From contig JANQEQ010000091.1 in the NCBI GenBank assembly GCA_028278245.1, positions 12,600-76,599 on the forward strand: 64,000 nucleotides of DNA. Direction: 5' to 3'. The notes beneath the pieces were generated by a model. That model had not been told where the DNA came from, did no database searches, and saw nothing but the letters and a program-made list of their open reading frames with translations. The position numbers and the translations under genes were made by a program. Positions 39,523-49,149 of this stretch are shown here, piece after piece; position 1 is the first letter of the stretch, and every line of letters starts with the position of its first letter. Source of the stretch: Phycisphaerales bacterium (GTDB lineage Bacteria; Planctomycetota; Phycisphaerae; Phycisphaerales; SM1A02).

Positions 39523-41526
39523 ATGAGCAGGAAGAGGCAAAACAGAGTATCGAGACTTTCATGCCTGGTGTTGACTTGTCTGGTCACCGCTTCAGCCTGG
39601 GCCGGGCCACCTCAGCCGGCCAGTGATGAGGAGATCAAATCCCTCCTGGCCAAAGCTGGAAACGCAGAGGACTACCCCGGATCGTCTGTACTCTATGTTC
39701 TGGACGAAGCGGATGTTTATGTTCAATCCAGCGGATTGGCGACAACAGAAAGCTGTCAGATCATCAAGATTCTCACTGATGCAGGCATTCGTTCACGATC
39801 GGTACTCCGCCACGAGTTTGATCCGGATACGAACCGGGTCGCCATACGCCGCGTCGCGATTCACCGGGCTGATGGAACGATTGACGAAGTCCCACTGACT
39901 AATGTGATCGGCCAACCGACGACACAGAGCATGATCTATTGGGGTGGTGAACAGTACCTGCTCTCCATTCCCAGGCTCAGCGTCGGCGATGCACTGGAGA
40001 TTCGGCTGAGTAAAATCGGCTTCAACATCGCATATCTGGACAATAGTGGAGCATCCGTTCTGGATCCATCGGGATTGCAGCCGCCTATGCCCGGACACTG
40101 GTATGAAGTGACGGAATTTCAGACCGGTTCACCGATCATGCAGAAGCGTTATTCGGTCTACATGCCGTCAGATATGCCGGTGCAATACGAGGTGTATAAC
40201 GGATCACTGAAATCGTCACTCTGGTTTGATGAAGATCAACACGTATACACGTTCTCGGATGAGGATATCCCGCCAATTAAAAGCGAGCCGCACATGGTGG
40301 CGCGGAGTGATGTGGTGACCAAACTGGTCATGGCTACGGTGGGTGACTGGGAGGCAAAATCGCGCTGGTTTTATGAAGTCAACGAGCCGCAATTCGACGC
40401 CGACGAAGCGATACGAGCGAAAGTGGAGGAAATCACTGCTCATTTGCCTAATGAGGAAGCAAAAATCCATGCGTGTTTGCACTGGGTCGCAGATAACATT
40501 CGATACTACGGCACCAGTCGCGGACCGTGCGAAGGATTCACACTCCACACTGGTATCGAGACATTCCACGACAAGGGCGGCGTCTGCAAAGATATCGCAG
40601 GTATGCTCGTCACTATGCTCAGAGTACTGGGGCACGAAGTCTACCCCGCATTGACGATGGCCGGCTCGCGCGTCGAGGAGATACCCGCCGACCAGTTCAA
40701 TCACACCGTTACTGTTATACGGAATCCTGATGGGACTTTCCGTGTGCTCGATCCAACGTGGTCGCCTACCAGCAAAGAACTCTGGTCAAGTCGTGAAGCG
40801 CTTCAGGGTCTTGTCTATGGCACGCCCGAGGGGCAGGATCTCACGCTGTCTCCGTACTTTTCGCCGGAGGAGAATCTCCTGCGGGTGCATAGTGAATGCA
40901 CGTTAGATGAAAATGGCGATCTTCGATCTGATATGCGCATGGATATGACAGGCTATCCCTGCACGTATCTGAGACGTTACGCAAATCGTGATCGACCATT
41001 TGATCAGCGTGCTCGATTTGAGACGAATCTCAACATTGCGCCAAATGCTCAGCTTGTTCATTTGGAGCACATCGACCCACACGATTACTCACAGGACGGC
41101 TGGCTGGAGATGTCCATCACCGCCCCTGAATATGCTGCGGGGCATGACGGGCAGTATCTATTCCAGTTTCCGTTACTGAAACATCCCTTGAAGTACATGC
41201 TGCTGGGAGATTTCAATTACAACTTCAGCAGGGATAGGCGGCAATTCGGCCTGCGTATGCGGGCATCTCGACTCGTGGATTACAAGGAATCCATCACCCT
41301 CCCGGCAGGTTGGCAGATTGATGAGTTGCCCGAGGATTATTCGTTTGACTCTGATTCTGCTTCACTGGATTTCTCTGCCAGACAGGAAGGCAACACGTTG
41401 GTCTACCATTTCCGCCTGGCGGTCAAGGATCACATCATTGATCCGGACACTTACCCAGGCTTCAAAACGGTCATGGACAAGATGAATGAACTGGCAGACA
41501 CCTGGATACTCTGTATCGAGGAATGA
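39523..41526 (+). CDS. DUF3857 plus transglutaminase-like domain secreted protein
   Basis: Signal peptide. Transglutaminase-like Cys/His/Asp core (GGVCKDIAGM...NHTVTVI...VLDPTW). The start was chosen at the Met with an AAGGAG RBS. Confidence 0.65.
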   Translation: MSRKRQNRVSRLSCLVLTCLVTASAWAGPPQPASDEEIKSLLAKAGNAEDYPGSSVLYVLDEADVYVQSSGLATTESCQIIKILTDAGIRSRSVLRHEFDPDTNRVAIRRVAIHRADGTIDEVPLTNVIGQPTTQSMIYWGGEQYLLSIPRLSVGDALEIRLSKIGFNIAYLDNSGASVLDPSGLQPPMPGHWYEVTEFQTGSPIMQKRYSVYMPSDMPVQYEVYNGSLKSSLWFDEDQHVYTFSDEDIPPIKSEPHMVARSDVVTKLVMATVGDWEAKSRWFYEVNEPQFDADEAIRAKVEEITAHLPNEEAKIHACLHWVADNIRYYGTSRGPCEGFTLHTGIETFHDKGGVCKDIAGMLVTMLRVLGHEVYPALTMAGSRVEEIPADQFNHTVTVIRNPDGTFRVLDPTWSPTSKELWSSREALQGLVYGTPEGQDLTLSPYFSPEENLLRVHSECTLDENGDLRSDMRMDMTGYPCTYLRRYANRDRPFDQRARFETNLNIAPNAQLVHLEHIDPHDYSQDGWLEMSITAPEYAAGHDGQYLFQFPLLKHPLKYMLLGDFNYNFSRDRRQFGLRMRASRLVDYKESITLPAGWQIDELPEDYSFDSDSASLDFSARQEGNTLVYHFRLAVKDHIIDPDTYPGFKTVMDKMNELADTWILCIEE

Positions 41527-41592
41527 TCCTGCCGCTCGCTTATGTGCAACACTCTTCGTGAAACAAAAAACTCCTGAAAAAAGTTATCAACG

Positions 41593-43515
41593 ATGCATCA
41601 TTCAGTTTTTACCTTTCCGTTCAATCAACATCTGATTAATCGCACTATTTCTCTTCTCTGCCTGGGTCTGATGTTTGTTCTATGTCGTGTGGGAGGGGGG
41701 CAGCATGTGGATCTTTCCATCGGTTCGGACCAGTATCCGGAAGACGATGCGGTCATCCTGCGCTGGGAACAGCATTGGGAGATGTCCCCCAGCGGGCAGA
41801 TCACGCGTATTGACCACAAGTGGATCAAACTGCTGAATCGGCGGGCAATTCGGCGTTACGCAGATCCTCGGATCGACTACAGCACCGCGACCGATGAAAT
41901 GAAAATCCTGGTCGCGCGGACCCACCTTCCTGATGGAACGATTCTCCCCGTACCGGATTATTCATTCAATATCGCGTCTCCCAGCGACCTGTCCGGGTGG
42001 CCGGAGTACGTGGATTGGCAGCAGACAATCGTATCATTCAGCGGGATCGTTAACGACTGCATCCTGGAATTGGCCTATCAGGTGACGACTGAAGCGGGTG
42101 TTCTCCCATGGTTGGACGCTGACCTGCGGCTCGATAGTGACGATCCCGTTCATACAAGAATCGTGTCCGTGACAATTCCTGACGAATATGACCTGCACTT
42201 TCAAGTGAGCAATTGTGCGGATAATGGTGGGCCGAGCAATCACCGCATAGACGGAAAAACACAATTCACCTGGCGTTGGGATCGGCTGGCCGGAACACCG
42301 GGCGAACCACAATCATACCCCTGGTATCAGCGCTGCCCGCGCCTGCAATTTACTTCTTGTGACAGTGCCGGTGTATGGATCGTAAAAATTCAACAATCAG
42401 TTGATCAAGCGGCGGTGAGTAATGATGATTTGACTCAGTGGATCCAGGAAATCACAGAAGATGAACTGGATGCAGCTGCCAAGGTCGAGAAGGTGACAGA
42501 CTCACTGAAGAGCACTTTCAATTTCATTCATGCATTGCGCAGTTACAGATCGTGGAATTGCCGCAATGTAGGTGAGGTCTTTCAAACCAACTACGGCAAC
42601 CCGATGGAAGCAGCCGCGCTTCTCATGTCAGCCTATCAATCTCTGGGATTGACCTGTCGTAGCTATGTCGCAGTGGATTCCATGCGCTGGGATGATCGCG
42701 TACCGACAGGTTCCGCGTTCTCCGCAGTGGTCATTGAAGTGGATACAGGTGAGGGAACGCAATTGGTGCATCCTGAAAGGGGCATCCTGCATAACCCGGG
42801 ATCGTGGGGCCAACACACACTACTCCACCTGGATAGTCAGGGAACAACGCAGAGCATCGTTTTAGCAGATCGCAGCGATTCAGCCAGCAATATCAAAATC
42901 ACCGGCAAAGTTACATTAGCGGAAGATGGTACTGCAGCAGGAACGATTCAACTTCATTGCACCGGTGGATTCTACGATCCTGCACGTCTCGATTCTGCTG
43001 ATGCGCAGGAATCGTTCACCAAACGTTTGGTGCGCAATCTGCTCACCGGTTTTGATCTGGATCAATACTCGGTTGTGACTTTGTCAGATCAGGCACTTCA
43101 AATCGAAGCGCAGGTAAAAACATCTGAACCACTGGATCAGCTTGGTGATCACTACGTGTTGACATTTGGTAACGGTCCGGTCTCGCTTTCGACATATCCG
43201 CTCCCGTTGGAACGCTCGTACCGTCGAACTGATGTGCATCTCAAAGGCGCGTTTTCGGAATCCGTGGATCTTTATATTGAGTGGCCGGAAACATGTACGA
43301 TTGGAATTGTTCCTGCCGAATTATCCAATGTCACTGGATCCTGGGGATCGGTGGGCCAGGAGATTCACCAGGAACCAACGTTGCTGAGATTAAAACGACA
43401 TCTGGAAGTCAATACAGACCTACTCAATCCGATTGAATTCGATCAATTACGATCCGCAGTGAATGCCTTACGATCGACCGGGGCTCTCAAAATGATGTAC
43501 GGCAAGGATTCTTGA
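41593..43515 (+). CDS. DUF3857/DUF3858-like secreted protein (paralogous partner of the upstream gene)
   Basis: N-terminal hydrophobic segment, similar overall architecture and a degenerate transglutaminase-like region. Confidence 0.45.
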   Translation: MHHSVFTFPFNQHLINRTISLLCLGLMFVLCRVGGGQHVDLSIGSDQYPEDDAVILRWEQHWEMSPSGQITRIDHKWIKLLNRRAIRRYADPRIDYSTATDEMKILVARTHLPDGTILPVPDYSFNIASPSDLSGWPEYVDWQQTIVSFSGIVNDCILELAYQVTTEAGVLPWLDADLRLDSDDPVHTRIVSVTIPDEYDLHFQVSNCADNGGPSNHRIDGKTQFTWRWDRLAGTPGEPQSYPWYQRCPRLQFTSCDSAGVWIVKIQQSVDQAAVSNDDLTQWIQEITEDELDAAAKVEKVTDSLKSTFNFIHALRSYRSWNCRNVGEVFQTNYGNPMEAAALLMSAYQSLGLTCRSYVAVDSMRWDDRVPTGSAFSAVVIEVDTGEGTQLVHPERGILHNPGSWGQHTLLHLDSQGTTQSIVLADRSDSASNIKITGKVTLAEDGTAAGTIQLHCTGGFYDPARLDSADAQESFTKRLVRNLLTGFDLDQYSVVTLSDQALQIEAQVKTSEPLDQLGDHYVLTFGNGPVSLSTYPLPLERSYRRTDVHLKGAFSESVDLYIEWPETCTIGIVPAELSNVTGSWGSVGQEIHQEPTLLRLKRHLEVNTDLLNPIEFDQLRSAVNALRSTGALKMMYGKDS

Positions 43516-44210
43516 ATCACTTTTACACCTGGAATTCATCTTGAATTTGGGAATGGAGTGTGTGTGGGGTGTTGAAATAGGAAGAGTGGATGAGATGGTC
43601 AAGGCTGGTTTCCTCTCAAACGGAAATGCTTCCATGACAGGGACATAAGATCCGCATGAATTTTCGATTTTTCCGATAATATCCCTTGACGCCCCAACGC
43701 AAATCACTAAATTACCTTCTACAAACCGAGAGAGAGAGTATGTTTGAGTGAGCCTCCTAGCACTCGAACGCACACCGATGAGAGAGAGGGAACTCCTTGT
43801 CGGTGTTTCTCTTTAATGAGGCACCGTGATGTGGACCGGCGTGAGCCGGCGTTTTTATTTTTGCCTCGAGGTTTTGAAATTCGTCTGAATGGACTGCATT
43901 GTTTTCGTGGATGCATTCGTTTCATCAGCTTCGCATCTCTTTATAGCAGATTGAATTCAAGAGTGTCGTTTGGGTGCGATGGTCTAAGCGATTACGGAGC
44001 GCAGTTCACGCGATCAGGACCGCCAACGTGGCCTTCGGCATTCGTCTTAGACCACGGCACCCTCTACGTTCGAATTCAAACTGCTCTAGTTCCCCCCTTC
44101 ACCAAACTGCGATACTGTCGTAGCGATCATGCAGTCCATCGACCGCTTACGTATGCGTAACCTACGGGTACCGGACAAGCCCAATCAGGTTTACACGGAA
44201 GTTAGACAGT

Positions 44211-44774
44211 CTAAACCACATCGAAACGTATGTTGTATCGCTCCCACAGGCTCCCAACGAAGGCTCGCTCACGCTCACCTCGCAGCGAATCTAAGATTTT
44301 CTTATCCTTGGAGGTATCCACAAACAGATAAGTTACGAAGTCAAAGTCCTCGGACGCAGCGTAGACCAGACTCTGGCCAATACCCTCGCGAACAGCTGAG
44401 CCTGAATCCCCGCGTTTCACTTCGATCGCTATACGAAGGCCGTCAATTAAAACTTTGAAATCGGGACGATGCTGAGTCCCCAGAAATCTGATGTGGTTGA
44501 TTGTGGTCTTCACATCCCCTTCCCACATGAGTGAGTCTGCCGTCTTACGATGGAGAGTCTTTTTCCCAGCCTTGGGTGACAAACGAATGTGGACGTCTAT
44601 AAGACTTCGCTTGAGCAACTGGTGCATATACTGCTTGATGTATGATTCTTTTTTGTTGCGGTAGTCGAGCGTCTTGAATATTTCGTCGCTCTTCATCCCC
44701 TCAATCAGTCGTTCAACTATCCACGTTCGTCGCTCAGACTTCTGAGCCACGCCAAGAGTTAGCCTACCAGTCAT
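44211..44774 (-). CDS. Hypothetical protein with PD-(D/E)xK-like nuclease motif
   Basis: RPDFKVLIDGLRIAIEVKRGD fits a D...E-V-K restriction-endonuclease-like core. 187 aa, in an AT-rich gene-poor segment. Confidence 0.35.
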   Translation of the reverse strand: MTGRLTLGVAQKSERRTWIVERLIEGMKSDEIFKTLDYRNKKESYIKQYMHQLLKRSLIDVHIRLSPKAGKKTLHRKTADSLMWEGDVKTTINHIRFLGTQHRPDFKVLIDGLRIAIEVKRGDSGSAVREGIGQSLVYAASEDFDFVTYLFVDTSKDKKILDSLRGERERAFVGSLWERYNIRFDVV

Positions 44775-44799
44775 TCCTACCTCCTTCTATGTGGTTCAG

Positions 44800-44840
44800 A
44801 AAAAAACCTATCTCACGCTGATCTCAGCAGCGTGAGGAAC
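44800..44840 (-). terminator. Rho-independent terminator on minus strand (ctcacgctg...cagcgtgag followed by T7)
   Basis: 9-bp perfect stem followed by ttttttt when read on the minus strand. Confidence 0.45.
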
Positions 44841-45788
44841 GAACGTCAACTGGAGTGAATGAGCAAAACTTATATCAAATTCAACCTACTCTCAACCACT
44901 ACCATTCATCTGGGAGCCGTTTTTGAGATTATCCTCTCCTATCAAACTTCGTCTGTGTATCGTTGGTACATCGCCTAACAGGATTCTCGCGTTGTGTTGC
45001 GGGTGCGAAGCCTGATGGATGAGTGGGTGGTTCAAACAATAGGGAGCGGCTGACGGAAGTTTGAACGGATCGCAGGTGTAGAAAATGACTGCACTTGCAA
45101 CATTTTCCAGTCGTTCAAGTGAGGGATTTAGATTACCAAACTGGACAAGTTATGAAAGTGCATGAAAAAGCCGGCATTACACCGGCTATTTGAAGCTTCA
45201 TCATTGGAAGTGAGGGATGCTTCGCTGTTTGTAAAATAAACTTATTGTGTGTGACCTGGCGAAACATCATCCGGATGATTCACCATGTCGGGTTTTCCCG
45301 TTGCATCGCACAAGGCGATGGTGGGGAGTGTGGGGGTGTGGTGTGGGGGGATTGAATAATGCTTGTCTGTCTCTCTCCTCTTTTGGGGGGATCATGAAGT
45401 CATTGGATCAGTCCAGCTTCAACAGGCAACTCACGCGAGTAATGCACAGCACATCCGAATCTGATTCACGGCTGACTCTGATATTCCCCGCAGTTCTCTC
45501 TTCTCGTTCGGGGGTAACAATAAAAACACCAACTGCTGTTGGCAATATACACGCCGACCGATTGATTGAAAGAAAAAAAATGTCATTTTTATTCAATATT
45601 TCCGCCCATCTCAGTCTGGATGAATTACGAGCGCTTCAAGCCGGATGAGCATGATTTCTCAGGTCACAAATGCCGTGCTAAGCCAATTGCCAAGACATTA
45701 CCGGACGCATGTGATTTCTACGTGCAGTGCCTTTCCAAATGTACGGTTGGGGGGGAGTGTGGGGGGGTATGTGTGTGGGGGGGGGGAA

Positions 45789-45862
45789 CATCCGCGGCGG
45801 GACTCGAACCCACAACCCCCAGTTCCGGAGACTGGTGCTCTATCCAATTGAGCTACGCGGAC
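45789..45862 (-). tRNA. tRNA-Arg (anticodon CCG)
   Basis: Reverse complement folds into a cloverleaf with anticodon loop ctCCGga and T-loop ttcgagt. The acceptor stem has a G1-U72 wobble. Confidence 0.8.
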
Positions 45863-46266
45863 TGCGGCAAACCATCATACCCCAAATGTCGTTTTCTTGG
45901 ATTCTCTCTGTGGAATCTTTATTGCCTAAACCCTATCCATACGACTTGTAGTTGTTATTCGCGCGTCTACGGTTCATCTGAGCAGGTTGTGTTGTATCCA
46001 GAGTGCGCGGCAAAGCCGCGGCGCTTCGTGGGTTATGGCCAATCAACGCTGTTCTGCCGTCTCAATAGAATCTCGAAACGAATTAAAATCCGCATCAACG
46101 CCCCGAAATCATTGCTATTGAATGTCTCAGAGGATTATTATCGGGACACCAGTATCCGGCGATATCGAGGTATACTTCCCACACGGCATGACTCGGATGC
46201 ATGTCTGGAACTCCGACAGCGAATTGAATTCTGATACACAACTACCAACTTTGAAAGGAGCAAAAG

Positions 46267-47841
46267 ATGAGTTTGTTTCTTCTGCTCATTGGCATCATTC
46301 TTGCAGTTGCGATCATAGTGGGCGCAACCCGATTACCGTTTGCATCCAGGAGCACGGTTGCTGCGGTGCGGGGCTTTGCCGCGTTAGTCGCACTGGCAGT
46401 ATTTATCGTATTTGCCGCCCTGAGTTCGATCCGCTATGTCGCGGAAGATCAGGTGGGCATTATCGTCAAGAACTTTGGCGCCAACCTCCCGGCGGGCAAG
46501 ATCATCGCGACCGATGGGGAAAAAGGACCCCAGGCCAAAACACTCGGTCCCGGTTGGCACTTCTGGTACTTCCCGGGTTTATATGACGTGGATATCGAAC
46601 GCATCATCGAAATCCAGGCCGACGAAGTCGGGATCGTTAAAGCCAACGATGGGTTACCTTTGCCCGATGATCAGGCTTACGCTGAGGAATGGAGTCAGGC
46701 AACCTTCGGCAAAATGCTCGTGGCTGAATTCTTCCTTGGAGAAGGCAAGGGTTATAAGGGACCGCAGGCTTCCATTCTCAAGCCGGGTAAGTGGCGTCTC
46801 AATACCAAGCTTTTCACCATTGATCGTGTGCCGGTGACGAACATTGAAAAGGCGACAGTCGGCGTGGTGAAATCGAACGTCGGCAGTCCTCCTCCCGGGG
46901 TGGAACCGGGTGAGATCAATATCGTGGAAAAAGGGCAGCGAGGTATCTGGCGCACGCCGTATTCACCCCAAAAATTGTATCTCAACACCTACGCCTACGA
47001 GATTACGATGATCTCGACGATGCAGCAGATCATCCGGTATGGCGCGGGTGGTGAGGCCGATGATTCTGAAATCGAGGTCCGTACAACTGACGGCTTTACG
47101 TTCCCCGTCGACGTGCGGATTGAATATCAGATTAAACCCGAAGATGCCGCACTGGTTGTCGCCGAGTTGGGTGATGATCAGAACCAACTTCGCAAACGCC
47201 TGGCGTCGACAGTACGCGCGATCTTCCGAAACAATGCAGAGAAAGTTAAAGCGCTGGATTATGTCAAGCAGCGATCGCATCAAGAAATATCCACCCAGGA
47301 AACACTGGCTGCGGAAATGACGTTGATCGGCGTGACGGTGACGGCAGTGCGTATTGGGCAGATCGGCGATGAAGCATCACTGGGTTCCCTGCTCAAGACA
47401 CAGACCGATCGTGAGATTGCTATTCAGGAACAGCTTACCTTCCAGGAGCAGCAGAAGGCCGCGGAGCAGAAGAAGGAACTTGAACGCACCGAACAGGAAG
47501 CGCAGGAAGAGCGACGTTTGGCCACCGAAGAGTACGAAAAGAAAATGGAAGCCATTCGCGCTGAGCGTGTAGTCATCGAAGCAGAAGGCGAAGCCCAGGC
47601 CATCGAAATCAAGGCTATGGCCCAGGCGGAAGCGTACCGTGTGATCGCCGAGCAGATCGGCAAGGGAAATGCGGCGCTCATGGAACTGCTCAACATCGTC
47701 GGTGCGCAAGGCATTAATATCACCCCACGCGTGATGGTCATCGGCAGTGGGGAGGCGTCCGGCACTGGATCAGCCGAGACCACTGCTCTTATTGGCACCA
47801 TGCTTGACAGTATGGTCGAAAAGGAGACTAAAGAGGAGTAG
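46267..47841 (+). CDS. SPFH/band-7 (flotillin-like) membrane protein
   Basis: N-terminal TM helices, an SPFH domain and a C-terminal EA-rich coiled coil, with an AAAGGAG RBS. Confidence 0.8.
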   Translation: MSLFLLLIGIILAVAIIVGATRLPFASRSTVAAVRGFAALVALAVFIVFAALSSIRYVAEDQVGIIVKNFGANLPAGKIIATDGEKGPQAKTLGPGWHFWYFPGLYDVDIERIIEIQADEVGIVKANDGLPLPDDQAYAEEWSQATFGKMLVAEFFLGEGKGYKGPQASILKPGKWRLNTKLFTIDRVPVTNIEKATVGVVKSNVGSPPPGVEPGEINIVEKGQRGIWRTPYSPQKLYLNTYAYEITMISTMQQIIRYGAGGEADDSEIEVRTTDGFTFPVDVRIEYQIKPEDAALVVAELGDDQNQLRKRLASTVRAIFRNNAEKVKALDYVKQRSHQEISTQETLAAEMTLIGVTVTAVRIGQIGDEASLGSLLKTQTDREIAIQEQLTFQEQQKAAEQKKELERTEQEAQEERRLATEEYEKKMEAIRAERVVIEAEGEAQAIEIKAMAQAEAYRVIAEQIGKGNAALMELLNIVGAQGINITPRVMVIGSGEASGTGSAETTALIGTMLDSMVEKETKEE

Positions 47842-47949
47842 GAAACGTAGACTCATCGTTATGCTGAATCGCCCTGTCATTGGGAAATTTGGCTGAGTTA
47901 TGCCTGCCCGTAGTGGTTTCGCGTCAGTTCAGGGTGCTACGCTATAACC

Positions 47950-49149
47950 ATGACCACACCAGCACTCAATCAAAGAGCCGTGGATGATGTAGCTGCCCGA
48001 TGGGACGGCTTCGGCGTCACCGTCTTTGCTGAATTTACCCAACTGGCGGTGAAACACCAGGCGGTCAATCTCGGCCAGGGTTTTCCCAACTTCGATGGAC
48101 CGGTATTCATCAAGGATGCGGCGATCGATGCACTCCAGCGCGGTGAGAATCAATACGCACGTTCGCACGGTATCGTCCCCCTCAACCAGGCCATCGCTGA
48201 TCGATTTGAAGCCGACACTGGCCGCACGCTTGATCCCGATGCGGAAATCACCATCACCTCCGGCTGCACGGAAGCAATTCCCGCGACGATGCTGGGATTA
48301 CTCAATCCGGGCGATGAAGTGATCGTGTTTGAACCGTTCTACGATTCCTATCCGGCGTGCCTGGCGATGTCCGGGGCCAAACTGGTGCCCATCACCCTGC
48401 GCCCGCCTGACTTTTCCTTTGATTCCGATGAACTGCGCAGCCTGTTCAATAACAAAACGCGCGCGGTCCTGATCAACACGCCGCACAATCCGACCGGCAA
48501 AGTGTTCAGCCGGGAGGAACTGACATTGATTGCCGAGTTGTGTCAGAAGCACGACGCCCTGGCGATCACCGACGAGGTGTATGAACGATTGGTGTTTGAA
48601 GGTGAGCACATCAGGATGGCGACCTTGCCGGGCATGTGGGAGCGGACCGTTACCTTGTCATCACTGGGAAAGACTTATTCTCTGACGGGATGGAAAATCG
48701 GTTGGGCCATCGCGCCACCTAAATTATCCAAAGCTGTCCGCGCGGCTCATCAGTTCCTTACCTACGCCACGGCCACTCCATTGCAACATGGCGCTGTGGC
48801 TGCGCTGCGTGCTGACGATTCATATTACGAGGAGTTCGTTGAGGATTACCGAGCCCGGCGTGACCTGCTGATCCGTGGACTGGAAGATGTCGGATTCAAA
48901 GTGTTCCCCCCGCAGGGAACATACTTCATTCTGGCGGATCATACCCCGTTTGGATTTGCCGATGATGTTGAATTCTGCCGCCACCTGGTGAAGGAGGTTG
49001 GTGTGTGCGCGATTCCACCGTCAGCTTTTTATCATGATCCGGCCGATGGGAAAGATCTGGTGCGCTTTGCCTTCTGTAAGGATCTGGACATTATTGAACA
49101 GGCGGTGCAGCGGATGATACAGGGGTTGTCGCGTTCCGCTTCCCACTGA
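47950..49149 (+). CDS. PLP-dependent aminotransferase class I/II (methionine/kynurenine aminotransferase-like)
   Basis: SLGKTYSLTGWKIGW PLP-Lys motif, 399 aa. Confidence 0.8.
   Translation: MTTPALNQRAVDDVAARWDGFGVTVFAEFTQLAVKHQAVNLGQGFPNFDGPVFIKDAAIDALQRGENQYARSHGIVPLNQAIADRFEADTGRTLDPDAEITITSGCTEAIPATMLGLLNPGDEVIVFEPFYDSYPACLAMSGAKLVPITLRPPDFSFDSDELRSLFNNKTRAVLINTPHNPTGKVFSREELTLIAELCQKHDALAITDEVYERLVFEGEHIRMATLPGMWERTVTLSSLGKTYSLTGWKIGWAIAPPKLSKAVRAAHQFLTYATATPLQHGAVAALRADDSYYEEFVEDYRARRDLLIRGLEDVGFKVFPPQGTYFILADHTPFGFADDVEFCRHLVKEVGVCAIPPSAFYHDPADGKDLVRFAFCKDLDIIEQAVQRMIQGLSRSASH

Noticed and set aside
45789-45862. Direct repeat of the tRNA-Arg 3' end marking an intact integrated element
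   Set aside because: No second copy of the tRNA 3' segment and no integrase gene were found in the 2.3-kb adjacent region. It was kept only as a possible decayed island.
45247-46234. ORFs of 133 and 222 aa flanking or overlapping tRNA-Arg
   Set aside because: They run across the tRNA gene and G-tract repeats, and their composition is not protein-like. They are likely non-coding.
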